A DNA stretch of 64,000 bases from an uncultured Solirubrobacterales bacterium (GCA_963703335.1 OY969812.1:972495-1036494); one strand, 5' to 3'. Positions 46,563 through 55,778 are shown, counted from the first letter of the stretch. Numbers and translations: made by a program. The notes: generated by a model not told the origin, from the sequence alone.

Positions 46563-47975
46563 CTACCCGGGCAGGAACTCTGGGACGTCGATGCCGAGCT
46601 CGCCCGACCGCTCCCGACCGCCCGAGCGCGGCGCCTCTTTGGTGCGCCGGATCATCGGCTCGGCCACGCGGCGTGGCGGCGCGGCACGGCCGTCGAAGCG
46701 GGTCGCGACGACGGTCACCCAGACCTGGTCGCCGAGCTCCTCGTCAACGTTGGCGCCGAAGATGATGTTTGCGTCAGGGTGAGCCGCTTCGCCAACTAGC
46801 TTGGCGGCCTCACTGACCTCGACCAGCGAGAGGTCGGCGCCGCCGGTAATCGAGAGCAGGATCGCCCTGGCCCCCTCCATCGAGGTCTCCAGCAGCGGCG
46901 AAGAAATCGCTTTTTCAGCTGCGAGCAGGGCACGGCCCTCGCCGTGACCCATACCGATGCCGAGCAGGGCCCGGCCGGCTTCCGACATGATCGTGCGCAC
47001 GTCGGCGAAGTCGAGGTTGATTACCGCCGGCAGCGTGACCAGGTCGGAAATTCCCTGCACACCCTGGCGCAGCACGTCGTCGGCGACCTGGAAGGCCTCC
47101 ACCATTGAAGTTTGTTGGTCGAGCACCTCGAGCAGGCGGTCGTTGGGGACGACGATCAGCGTGTCGACCTCGGCCGCGAGTTCCTCGATGCCCTTGTTGG
47201 CCTGGTTGCCGCGGCGACTGCCCTCGAAGCTGAACGGCTTGGTGACGATGCCGACCGTGAGGGCGCCGACCTCACGGGCGAGGCGGGCGATCACCGGAGC
47301 GGCACCGGTGCCCGTACCGCCGCCCGCACCGGCGGCGACGAAAACCATGTCGGAGCCCTTCAGCAGCCGCTTGATCTTGTCCTGTTCCTCAAATGCGGAG
47401 CGATGGCCAAGCTCGGGGTCGGCGCCGGCCCCGAGCCCTCGCGTCGCCTCGTCACCAATGTGGACGGTGACATCGGCGACGCACAACTGGAGTGACTGAA
47501 GATCTGTGTTGACCGCCATGAACTCGACGCCCGGGATCCGCGCCTCGACCATTCGGTTGACCGCGTTCACACCCCCGCCGCCAACCCCCACAACCCGAAT
47601 CACAGGCTGATGCGGCTCCCCACTCCCCGGCGGCTCATACTCAGGCTCCTCCCGCCCATACCGAGGCGATTCCACAATCGGCTCAATCTCCCGCCGCCGA
47701 CCCGGCTCCTCCGAGAACACACGCTTAAGCCGCTCCGGGGGCGTCTCCTGATGTTGCCCTTCGAGAGATGAGCTCTCTGGTCCCTCGCCGTGAACCGAAG
47801 GCGCTTCTCCGGCGGGTGGCGTGGCGGTGGGCTCCTCGCCCGCAGCTTGCGAGGACGAGGAGTCCTCTGCCGCGACAGGACCCGCCGGCCGAGCGTCGTC
47901 GTCCTCTGCGGTCGACCGGAAAAGATCAGACAGAGGCCCCTCACGCATGCTGGCCCGCTTTTTACGCCGACTCAT
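46563..47975 (-). CDS. ftsZ: Cell division protein FtsZ with a ~125-aa N-terminal extension
   Basis: VIRVVGVGGGGVNAVNRM, NTDLQSL, GAGGGTGTGAAPV and the C-terminal peptide GIDVPEFL. ATG 47975 is preceded by AAGGAGG (9-nt spacer) and overlaps the last codons of the parA-like gene. Alternative starts are ATG 47948 or a canonical-position GTG at 47603. Confidence 0.9.
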   Translation of the reverse strand: MSRRKKRASMREGPLSDLFRSTAEDDDARPAGPVAAEDSSSSQAAGEEPTATPPAGEAPSVHGEGPESSSLEGQHQETPPERLKRVFSEEPGRRREIEPIVESPRYGREEPEYEPPGSGEPHQPVIRVVGVGGGGVNAVNRMVEARIPGVEFMAVNTDLQSLQLCVADVTVHIGDEATRGLGAGADPELGHRSAFEEQDKIKRLLKGSDMVFVAAGAGGGTGTGAAPVIARLAREVGALTVGIVTKPFSFEGSRRGNQANKGIEELAAEVDTLIVVPNDRLLEVLDQQTSMVEAFQVADDVLRQGVQGISDLVTLPAVINLDFADVRTIMSEAGRALLGIGMGHGEGRALLAAEKAISSPLLETSMEGARAILLSITGGADLSLVEVSEAAKLVGEAAHPDANIIFGANVDEELGDQVWVTVVATRFDGRAAPPRRVAEPMIRRTKEAPRSGGRERSGELGIDVPEFLPG

Positions 47976-49083
47976 GCTCCAGAACCTCCTTCGCCAGGTC
48001 GCGGTAGTAGCCCGCGGCGTTGCTCTGGGGATCGTACTTGAGCACGCTGGCACCCTTGACCGGGGCCTCGGCGAACTTGATCGCCTTGCGAATGCGTGAC
48101 TTGAAGACGAGCTCGCCGAAGTTCTCCTCGAGGATCTCCACTGCCTCCTTAGCGTGGACAGTACGACTGTCGAGCATCGTCGGCAGGATGCCCTCTATCC
48201 GCACGTCGGGATTGAGGTTCTCCTGGATCATCTTCAGCGTGTTCTGGAGCTGGACCAGCCCGCGCATCGAGAGGTACTCACACTGGACCGGCACGATCAC
48301 CTTGTTGGCGGCGGTGAGCGCGTTGATGGTCAGTAGGCCGAGGCTCGGCGGTGTGTCTATGCAGACGAAGTCGTAGTTGCCGGAGACCTCTTTCAACGCC
48401 TTCTCCAGCGAGCGCTCGCGACCGATCTTGGTGCTCATCGCGATCTCCGCGCCGGCCAAATCGATCGAGGCAACAGCGATGTCGATCTCGCGGTGCTGAA
48501 TGATCTCCGAGATCGGCATGTCGTGGACCAACACGTCATAAAGGCTCTTTTCCACCTTGTCCGGATCGATCCCCTGACTCATAGTCAAATTCCCCTGCGG
48601 GTCGAGGTCGATGCAGAGGACTTTGTGCCCAGACTCAGCAAACGCCACAGCCAAGTTCAAAGTGGTCGTCGTCTTAGCAACCCCACCCTTCTGATTGGCA
48701 AAAGCAATCACCTCAGCATGCTTAACCGACCCCTCCGGCTCAGCCTTCTCCACGACGGCCTCATGCCTGCTCGGCGCAAGCAAATCCCTGGGCATAAACC
48801 GCTCGGGCTCGTCCCCACCTTGCTCAGCGTCAGCTGCCTCAGCCGATGGAGCAGTGGTGTCAACCTCAACCGCTCCTCCGGCGGGTGGCGTCGCAGGGGG
48901 GACCGCCCCCGAGGACGCTTTAGCGACCGCAGGGGGCGGTGGGTCCCCTGCGACGACAGGACCCGCCGGCCGAGCGCTCTCAGGCACAGCCTGCTCCATC
49001 TCCTCCAGCTCCTCGACGATCGGATGCGTCTCGTCGGCAGCAGGCGCGGGCGCGAACTTGTTCTTGCGGCTAAGGAATCCCAT
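47962..49083 (-). CDS. ParA/Soj/MinD-family ATPase with a ~115-aa N-terminal extension
   Basis: VIAFANQKGGVAKTTTTLNLAVAFAESGHKVLCIDLDPQGNLT (deviant Walker A) and FVCIDTPPSLG. A canonical-position alternative start is the GTG at 48711. Confidence 0.88.
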   Translation of the reverse strand: MGFLSRKNKFAPAPAADETHPIVEELEEMEQAVPESARPAGPVVAGDPPPPAVAKASSGAVPPATPPAGGAVEVDTTAPSAEAADAEQGGDEPERFMPRDLLAPSRHEAVVEKAEPEGSVKHAEVIAFANQKGGVAKTTTTLNLAVAFAESGHKVLCIDLDPQGNLTMSQGIDPDKVEKSLYDVLVHDMPISEIIQHREIDIAVASIDLAGAEIAMSTKIGRERSLEKALKEVSGNYDFVCIDTPPSLGLLTINALTAANKVIVPVQCEYLSMRGLVQLQNTLKMIQENLNPDVRIEGILPTMLDSRTVHAKEAVEILEENFGELVFKSRIRKAIKFAEAPVKGASVLKYDPQSNAAGYYRDLAKEVLEHESA

Positions 49084-50069
49084 TGCGCGGGTATTCGCAT
49101 GACCACCCGCTTTTCCTGCCGCCCCCAGAAATTGCTAGGAATCACCCGGTAACCGATCTCCTCGACAAGCGAGTGGTCTTCGTCACCGGCAAGGGGGGCG
49201 TTGGCAAGACCACGGTTGCCGTGGCGCTTGGCCTGCGCGCCGCCTCGGAAGGCAAGCGGACGATCGTCTGCGAGGTCTCCTCGCAGGAGAACGCCTCACG
49301 CATGTTCGATCACACCGAGGTCGGCTTCCACGAGATCGAGATGGAGGAGAACCTCTGGTCGATCTCGATCGACCCCGATGAGTCGATGCGCGAGTACGTG
49401 CTGCTGCAGCTCAAGGTGCGGGCAATGCGCGACATGCTCTTCCGCAGCCGCATCTTCAATTACCTCGCCGCTGCCACGCCCGGGCTCAAGGAGCTGGTCA
49501 CGATCGGCAAGATCTGGGAGCTGGCCCAGCTCGACCGCAAGGTCAAGAGCGGCCGCAAGTATGACCTGGTGATCGTCGACGCGCCCGCCACCGGCCACGG
49601 CATCGGCTTCCTGCAGACGCCGCGCACCTTCGCCGCGATCGCTCGCGTCGGCCCGATCCACTCGCAGGCCCAGCAGCTCGACCGACTGATCACCGACCGC
49701 GAGCACACCGGCGTGGCGATCGTCGCCCTGCCCGAGGAGATGCCGGTCAACGAGTCGGCAGCACTAGAGCAGGACCTGCGCGACGAGGTCGGCGTCGCCG
49801 TCGACCGCGTCTACATGAACGGCCTCTACCCGGAGCGCTTCTCCAACGAGGAGGCGGAGCGGCTCGCCGAGCTCTCCACCGCCGAAAACGGCGCTCTGCG
49901 GGCGGCTGCGCGGGCGGGTCTCTCCGAGCACAACCGGGCCCGCTCCCAGCGCGCCCAGCTGGCCCGCTTGCGACGGCGGGTGAAAGCACCGGTCAAGACC
50001 CTGCCCTTCCTCTTCGAGCCGGAGCTCGGCCCCGAGGGCGCCCGGCAGCTGGCACGGAGACTGGGCTGA
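49083..50069 (+). CDS. ArsA/Get3-like ATPase (Rv3679 type)
   Basis: VVFVTGKGGVGKTTVAVALG and DLVIVDAPATGHGIGFL. The start is uncertain: TTG 49083 (track) or GTG 49173. Confidence 0.8.
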   Translation: MRGYSHDHPLFLPPPEIARNHPVTDLLDKRVVFVTGKGGVGKTTVAVALGLRAASEGKRTIVCEVSSQENASRMFDHTEVGFHEIEMEENLWSISIDPDESMREYVLLQLKVRAMRDMLFRSRIFNYLAAATPGLKELVTIGKIWELAQLDRKVKSGRKYDLVIVDAPATGHGIGFLQTPRTFAAIARVGPIHSQAQQLDRLITDREHTGVAIVALPEEMPVNESAALEQDLRDEVGVAVDRVYMNGLYPERFSNEEAERLAELSTAENGALRAAARAGLSEHNRARSQRAQLARLRRRVKAPVKTLPFLFEPELGPEGARQLARRLG

Positions 50070-51220
50070 TGCCGGCGATCGGCGACATTCTCGACGGCAA
50101 GGACATCTGCATCTGCGCCGGTTCCGGTGGCGTCGGCAAGACGACCACCTCGGCCGCGATCGCGGCGGGGATGGCCGCGCGCGGCCTCAAGGTCTGCGTG
50201 CTGACGATCGATCCGGCGAAGCGGCTGGCCGACTCGCTCGGCCTGAAGGAGCTCGGCAACGAGGCCAGGCAGGTTGACCCCGCACTCTTCGAGCAGCACG
50301 GCGTCGAGATCAAGGGCGAGCTCTGGGCGATGATGCTCGACGCCAAGGCAACCTTCGACGAGCTAGTGGCGCGCCAGGCGCCGGATGAGGAGGCGCGCGA
50401 TCGCGTCCTCGGCAACCGCATCTACCAGCAGATCTCCAGCGCCCTGGCTGGCTCGCAGGAGTACATGGCGATGGAGAAGCTCTTCGAGCTGCACAGCGAA
50501 GGCCAGTTCGACCTGCTGGTGCTCGACACTCCGCCGACCCGCAACGCGCTCGACTTCCTCGACGCCCCGAAACGTCTCACCCAGTTCATCGAAGGCCGCT
50601 CGCTTCGCGTCTTCATGAAGCCGACCGGCTTCGCGGCAAAGGTCGCCGGCCGCGGCGCCTCTGTGGCCCTCTCTGTCTTCAAGCGCATCGTCGGCTTTGA
50701 CCTGCTCGCCGACCTAGCGGAGTTCTTCAACGCCTTCAGCGGCATGGTCGACGGCTTCCAGGCCCGGGCCAAACGGGTCAACAGTCTGCTCGCCGATCCC
50801 CATACCTGCTTCCTTGTCGTCTGCGGTCCGCAGGGCGAGCCGGTCGACGAGGCGGTCTACTTCCACCGCAAACTGGTCGAGGCGAAACTCCCCTTTGGCG
50901 GCGTGATCGTCAACAAGGTTCACTACCCGGCGGAGGAGCTGCGCGGCGGCGGCGAAAACCTGGAGACATCCCTAATCGAGAAGCTCGGCGACGGGGAGCT
51001 GGCTAAACGGGTTGCCGAGAACTTCGCCGACTACCAAGCGCTGGCCGAGCGGGACGCTCGCAACATCGAGCGCCTCGCCCGCGAGCTGCGTGCCCAGGGC
51101 GTAATCCGCGTGCCCTATCTGGACGAGGACGTCCACGACCTCGCCGGCCTGGCCGAGATCAACCGCTACCTCTTTGCCAGCAGCGAGGAGCGAATCGAGA
51201 TCGCCGCCGGTCGGGCTTAG
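50069..51220 (+). CDS. ArsA/Get3-like ATPase (Rv3680 type)
   Basis: ICICAGSGGVGKTTTSAAIA, LTIDPAKRLADSLG and LVLDTPPTRNALDFL. ATGA-type junction with the upstream ATPase. Confidence 0.85.
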   Translation: MPAIGDILDGKDICICAGSGGVGKTTTSAAIAAGMAARGLKVCVLTIDPAKRLADSLGLKELGNEARQVDPALFEQHGVEIKGELWAMMLDAKATFDELVARQAPDEEARDRVLGNRIYQQISSALAGSQEYMAMEKLFELHSEGQFDLLVLDTPPTRNALDFLDAPKRLTQFIEGRSLRVFMKPTGFAAKVAGRGASVALSVFKRIVGFDLLADLAEFFNAFSGMVDGFQARAKRVNSLLADPHTCFLVVCGPQGEPVDEAVYFHRKLVEAKLPFGGVIVNKVHYPAEELRGGGENLETSLIEKLGDGELAKRVAENFADYQALAERDARNIERLARELRAQGVIRVPYLDEDVHDLAGLAEINRYLFASSEERIEIAAGRA

Positions 51221-52824
51221 CCCGCGTGGCGGTAATGGTCGTACTTCAACTCCCGGACCTCCCAGTCCGCGTCCTCGGGCACCGGGAAGAGGTGCCGCAC
51301 GCGCGGGGTATCAATGCGCTCGCGGTGCTGAACGTCGCCCTCGATCGCGGGGAAATCGAGTGTGCTGTCCGGAGCCTCCACCTCGTCTAGCCAAGGCGTG
51401 GCGGTGATGCGAATCTCGCCCTCGTCCGGAATCGGCTCGAGGATGCGGGTCTCTTGATCCATGTCCATGTGCTCCTCCTCGGGCGGCGGAAGGTCGGCCA
51501 TTGGGGGTTCGTCGACGATCGGGGTCTCGCGTGAAACAACGATCTCCTCTGCTGCTGGAAATTCCTCGGATACCGCGATCTCGGGGTCGCCGGCGCCGAG
51601 GCCAGTGGCGATCAGCGTCTCGTCGGCGGCGGTATTGAGATCGGCGCTGAGCTCGCCCAGGGCGGCGTCGCGCAGGAGGCGGCGAACGCCTTCCTCGATC
51701 CAGCCCGCCGTCGCGAGCCCGGGCAGCGAAGGTGTTCCGTTCATCAGCGAACGCTCCAGCTCGAGGGCACTCTCGATCCGTTCGCGAGCCTCGATCCGAT
51801 CGACGCTCTCGTCCGCGATGAGCGCAGAGGCGCGCATCGGCAGCGAGGCGCCCACTGGGCCCTGGCCGTCGAGCACGGCGCGCAGGGCGAGCAGATGATC
51901 GCTCAGCCCCTGCAGTGCGGACTCGCGACCGCAGCCCATCTCGAAGCGGCCGACGGCCCAGGAGAGGGCGCCATCGGGATCGGGGCGGGCCTCCAGCGTC
52001 GCGGCAAACTCGGCAAGCTGAATCGCCTCGTCCTCGCTGAGGTCGTAGGAGCCGGATCGGGTCGCCGGCGCTCCGGTCGCGAGACGAGCCCATCGTCCCT
52101 CGCCGGTCGGGGCAAAGGCGTAGGGACCGAGGCCGACGCTGCCGGCTTTGAAGAGATGCATGACGCTGATCAGCTCGCCGAGCTGGTGCAGGGCCGAGTC
52201 GGCGCTGTCGGGACCGTCGCCCTGTTCGGCGAGAGCGAGAAATTGGGGTTGCCAGGCGACGCGACCCATGCCCTCGCTGCGCATCGCCTCGATTGGCGCC
52301 TCGATCGCGTCGGCGCGGACGATCTGGACGCCGTGGGGAAGCTGCAGGCGCGGCAGCGGCATGCGCAGGCCGACCAACGGCGCGATCAGGATGTCCGCGT
52401 CCTCGGCGCCGCGCGTCTCGGCGTCGAGCACGGCGAGGGCGTTTTTCAGGCGCTCGTGATCGAGAGAAAGTTCGGTGCAACCGTCCCAGAGCGAGGCGAG
52501 GAAGACGGTCAGCATCTGCGCGGCACGCTCGCCAGGGTCGCCGGGGACCTGCTCGCCGCGGGCTTCCAAGTAGGCGGCGGCGATACCGGCAGCAGCGACC
52601 GCGTCGCGGGCCGAGCCGAAGGCCTCGAGGCTACGCAGCTCGGTCTCGCGTTCGCGCACGTACTGCGAGGTCAGCGGCTGGTAGCTGTAGAAGAGCGAGT
52701 CATCGCCGCTGTCGGCATCGACGTCGAAGGGGATCTGGTCCCCACCGGCGACGAGGCCGCTGAGCTTGATCGCCGCCTCAGAGGCAAGACGGGTCAGCGA
52801 TTCGGTGAGCAGACGATCGCGCAC
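51217..52824 (-). CDS. Hypothetical protein, 535 aa, with an acidic C-terminal tail
   Basis: Long ORF with protein-like composition and no TM helix or motif I recognise. The C-terminal ~110 aa are D/E/P-rich. It is convergent with the second ArsA-like gene and overlaps it by 4 nt. Confidence 0.55.
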   Translation of the reverse strand: MRDRLLTESLTRLASEAAIKLSGLVAGGDQIPFDVDADSGDDSLFYSYQPLTSQYVRERETELRSLEAFGSARDAVAAAGIAAAYLEARGEQVPGDPGERAAQMLTVFLASLWDGCTELSLDHERLKNALAVLDAETRGAEDADILIAPLVGLRMPLPRLQLPHGVQIVRADAIEAPIEAMRSEGMGRVAWQPQFLALAEQGDGPDSADSALHQLGELISVMHLFKAGSVGLGPYAFAPTGEGRWARLATGAPATRSGSYDLSEDEAIQLAEFAATLEARPDPDGALSWAVGRFEMGCGRESALQGLSDHLLALRAVLDGQGPVGASLPMRASALIADESVDRIEARERIESALELERSLMNGTPSLPGLATAGWIEEGVRRLLRDAALGELSADLNTAADETLIATGLGAGDPEIAVSEEFPAAEEIVVSRETPIVDEPPMADLPPPEEEHMDMDQETRILEPIPDEGEIRITATPWLDEVEAPDSTLDFPAIEGDVQHRERIDTPRVRHLFPVPEDADWEVRELKYDHYRHAG

Positions 52825-52886
52825 GCCCCTCGCTTCCTCTCTGTGCCTAACCCTCCTGCGCCTGCACGGACGCTTGCAAGCCGTAA

Positions 52887-53243
52887 CTAGGCGGCGGCAG
52901 GAGCTGGCTCGGCCTCAGCCGCAGCGTCCTCGAAGAGCCAGCGGCGGCCGTAGCGGCGCATGTCCTCGACCAGCGGCACCAGCGCCTCGCCCTTCTCGGT
53001 CAGCGCGTACTCGACCCGGGGCGGCACCTCGGGGAACGTGTGCCGCTCGACGATCCCCTCCTCTTCCAGCGCCCGCAGGCGCAGCGAGAGCGTGCGCGGG
53101 CTGATTCCCTCCAGCGAGCGCTCCAGCTCACAAAATCGACTAGACCCCTCGGCCAGGTCGCGGATCACCAAGAGGGTCCACTTGCCGCAAACGACTTCGG
53201 CCGTGCGACAGACGGGACATCTTGAGTTGGAAGCTGCACTCAT
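52887..53243 (-). CDS. HxlR-family transcriptional regulator
   Basis: CPVCRTAEVVCGKWTLLVIRDLAEGSSRFCELERSLEGISPRTLSLRLRALEEEGIV...VEYALTEKG. Confidence 0.85.
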   Translation of the reverse strand: MSAASNSRCPVCRTAEVVCGKWTLLVIRDLAEGSSRFCELERSLEGISPRTLSLRLRALEEEGIVERHTFPEVPPRVEYALTEKGEALVPLVEDMRRYGRRWLFEDAAAEAEPAPAAA

Positions 53244-53344
53244 GGGCGAAACGAGGCGGTCTGTGGCAATTGCCTCGCTTCAGCGAGTGTAGCGGACCTT
53301 GCTTCACTAACTGAAGTTTTGGGCTACTGCGGGCGCGATCGGTA

Positions 53345-54238
53345 TCAGGTGTGCCCGGTGACCACCGGGTAGACCTTGAGCACGGTGATCTTGTAGCGGA
53401 CACCGGCGGTGCCGAAGACGAAGGTCTCGGGGAAGTTCGGCTCGACTTCGATCAGCTGACAGGCGTTGGCGCCGGAGAGGCAGCTCGCTTCGCCGAAGAC
53501 GGCCGTGACCTGATCGGAGATCAGCAGCAGCGGCTTGCGCGTGGTCGGGCTGATTCCCATGTAGGTGACGACCTGGGCGTTTTCGCCGGGCAGGGCCGCC
53601 GGCGGGATCACCTTGTGGCGAACGATCGGGTCGTCGGTCAGCTTTTGGCCGTCGGCGCTGCTCGTCGTGCGGACGATCTTGACGTCGGCCGCAAAGCTGT
53701 AGAGCGTCAGCTGCGGGGCCTTGCCTCCTTCACTCCCAGGGGTCGATTCGCCGTCGGTTTCGGCGGTGACTTTGGTCGTCGAAGTGCCGTCCGGGTTCTT
53801 CGTGGTCTTCGTGACCTTGGTCGTACTCGTCGAGGTCGACGTCGTCGATGTACTCGACGACGATGCTTCATCGCCGCCGCCGCCGAGCTTGGTGCCCGCC
53901 AGCTGCGGCGACGTATAGCGCTGCACGAAGGGGTCCGTCGGATGCTCGCGCAGTCGCTTGCGGTAGTCGCGCAGACCGGGCTTGGCCTCAACCACGGTCA
54001 GCTTCGCGCCCGCCGGTTCCGGGCTGGGCGCGCTGGAAGCTCCGGCGACAGCGGGGGCCACTTCTTCTTCTTCCGAGCCACCTCCGAGCAGGAACGGCAC
54101 CGCGATGATCGCGACGATCGCCAGGCCGACCAGCGGCAGCAAGCGGCGGTCGCGCAGATCCCAGTACAGGTCGACGAGGAAGTCGGGAACCTTCAGATCG
54201 GGCATCTTCAGCTCCGGGCCCGCTTTCAGCCGTTTCAC
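53345..54238 (-). CDS. Single-pass membrane protein of the pilus operon (unknown; possible PilP-like component)
   Basis: An N-terminal TM helix (LLPLVGLAIVAIIAVPFLL), a Ser/Thr-rich linker (SSSTSTTSTSTSTTKVTKTTK) and a C-terminal beta-rich domain. 4-nt overlap with the pilO-like stop. Confidence 0.5.
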   Translation of the reverse strand: MKRLKAGPELKMPDLKVPDFLVDLYWDLRDRRLLPLVGLAIVAIIAVPFLLGGGSEEEEVAPAVAGASSAPSPEPAGAKLTVVEAKPGLRDYRKRLREHPTDPFVQRYTSPQLAGTKLGGGGDEASSSSTSTTSTSTSTTKVTKTTKNPDGTSTTKVTAETDGESTPGSEGGKAPQLTLYSFAADVKIVRTTSSADGQKLTDDPIVRHKVIPPAALPGENAQVVTYMGISPTTRKPLLLISDQVTAVFGEASCLSGANACQLIEVEPNFPETFVFGTAGVRYKITVLKVYPVVTGHT

Positions 54239-55002
54239 GGTGCGCCTCCCGTTGTCGTCGCGGCGGGCGTTGCGACGGCTTCTTCGGGACCGGTGGGCAA
54301 CGCTCCCGCTGTCGTGCCTTGGCTCGGGGGCGTCAGGTAGGTGGTAACCGAGAAGGTCGCCTGCAGGTTGGGGAATTTCGCTTCCGAGTCTTCGCCCAGC
54401 GAGAAGCCGTTGACGGTGATCAGCCTGCCGTCGACGCCGACGCCTTCGTTGGTCGTCTTTACCAGCGAGTCGAGGCCCTTGATGAAGTCGGCAATGGTGA
54501 AGAAGTTGCCCGTAAAGGCGAGCTTGTAGGGCATCACGGCAAGGCCCGCCGGGCCGACTGCGGCACCGAGCGACATCAGCGAGGCGGCTGCCTCCGTCGG
54601 GGAGACGGTTTCTCCACCCGCGGCAACGGGGCTCGCTTCGCCTTCCGATTCGGACCCTGCGGCTTCAAGGCTCAGGGTCTGGAACCTGACGCCGGCATCG
54701 TTGGCGACGTGGTTCAGCTGGACGAGCAGCGTCGCGGTTTCGTCTTCGCTGGGCACGGCCTTGCCGAGGACCACGAGGTGCTGGTAGTCGGTGGGGAATT
54801 CGCTGCGCGCTTCTTCGGCCGTGGCGATTTCTCCTTCGTGCTGCGCAAGGAAGCCTTCCAGCTGGGTGACCTGAGCGTCGAGCTTGCTCGCTTCCTCGCG
54901 CTTTGGGCTGAGCAGGAGAATCCAGAACGCCCCGGCCAGGACGGCGACGGCCAGCATCGCGCCGACCATCAGATTGGTGACCTTCTTCTCCTTCGCCTTC
55001 AT
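54235..55002 (-). CDS. pilO: PilO-like type IV pilus assembly protein
   Basis: An N-terminal TM helix, then a coiled coil (KLDAQVTQLEGFLAQHEGEIATAEEA) and a ferredoxin-like C-terminal part. Its position directly after pilN supports the call. Confidence 0.65.
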   Translation of the reverse strand: MKAKEKKVTNLMVGAMLAVAVLAGAFWILLLSPKREEASKLDAQVTQLEGFLAQHEGEIATAEEARSEFPTDYQHLVVLGKAVPSEDETATLLVQLNHVANDAGVRFQTLSLEAAGSESEGEASPVAAGGETVSPTEAAASLMSLGAAVGPAGLAVMPYKLAFTGNFFTIADFIKGLDSLVKTTNEGVGVDGRLITVNGFSLGEDSEAKFPNLQATFSVTTYLTPPSQGTTAGALPTGPEEAVATPAATTTGGAP

Positions 55003-55775
55003 CAGCCTTCGCCCCCTTCTTCGGAGCTTTCTTCCGAGCCTTCGGAGGATTCGCTGGAGGTCGTTTCGGCGACCGCCGTCGCAGCGATGGCTTCTTCGCC
55101 TTCGGCCGCCGGCACCGGAGCCGCGTCGAACGCGACCACGAGGCTGAACTGGGCGATGGACTCACGTGTGCGGCAGTCGTCGCCTCCGCCCGAGCCGCTG
55201 CCCGCCTCGTCCCCCTCGCTGGCGAGTTCGGAGGTCTGGATGCCGACTCGGGTGACGCCGTCGATGTCCTTGAGAATGGTGACGAACCCGGCGACCGCTT
55301 CCTGGCCGGCGGCGCAGCCGCTCAGTTCGAGCGCCGGACCGGCGATGCCGCCCCGCAACCCGGACGCAGAACCGCCTTCCGCCCCCGTCGAGTCGCTGGG
55401 GGTCGCGGAGCCGGTCAGGCTGGTAAGCCAGACGTCGCTGGGCAGGACGAGCGAGAGTTCGCGCATTACCCGCTCCCAGTCGAAGCGGCTGTCGGCGAGG
55501 CTCCTAACCGTCGCGATCCGCTGTTCGCTCAGCGCCTTGAATTGCGAGTAGGCGGCAAGCCGCTCGGCCTTTGCCGCGGCGACCGCGTCTTCCCGCTTTA
55601 GCGTTGCGACTTCAGCCTTGCCATCCGAGATCCGGTTGTCCGTGAGGACCAGCATGGTGACGCCGATCAGGAGCAGCGCCAGCGCCCCCAGGACGATGTA
55701 CATCACCGGTCCGGTGCGAAGCTGGGCGTGCTCGCCACGGCGCTGCTCGGGAGGGATCAGGTTGACCGGGCGCAT
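55002..55775 (-). CDS. pilN: PilN-like type IV pilus assembly protein
   Basis: MRPVNLIPPEQR (conserved PilN N-terminus that binds PilM), then a TM helix and a coiled coil. Confidence 0.75.
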   Translation of the reverse strand: MRPVNLIPPEQRRGEHAQLRTGPVMYIVLGALALLLIGVTMLVLTDNRISDGKAEVATLKREDAVAAAKAERLAAYSQFKALSEQRIATVRSLADSRFDWERVMRELSLVLPSDVWLTSLTGSATPSDSTGAEGGSASGLRGGIAGPALELSGCAAGQEAVAGFVTILKDIDGVTRVGIQTSELASEGDEAGSGSGGGDDCRTRESIAQFSLVVAFDAAPVPAAEGEEAIAATAVAETTSSESSEGSEESSEEGGEG

Positions 55776-55778
55776 CGC

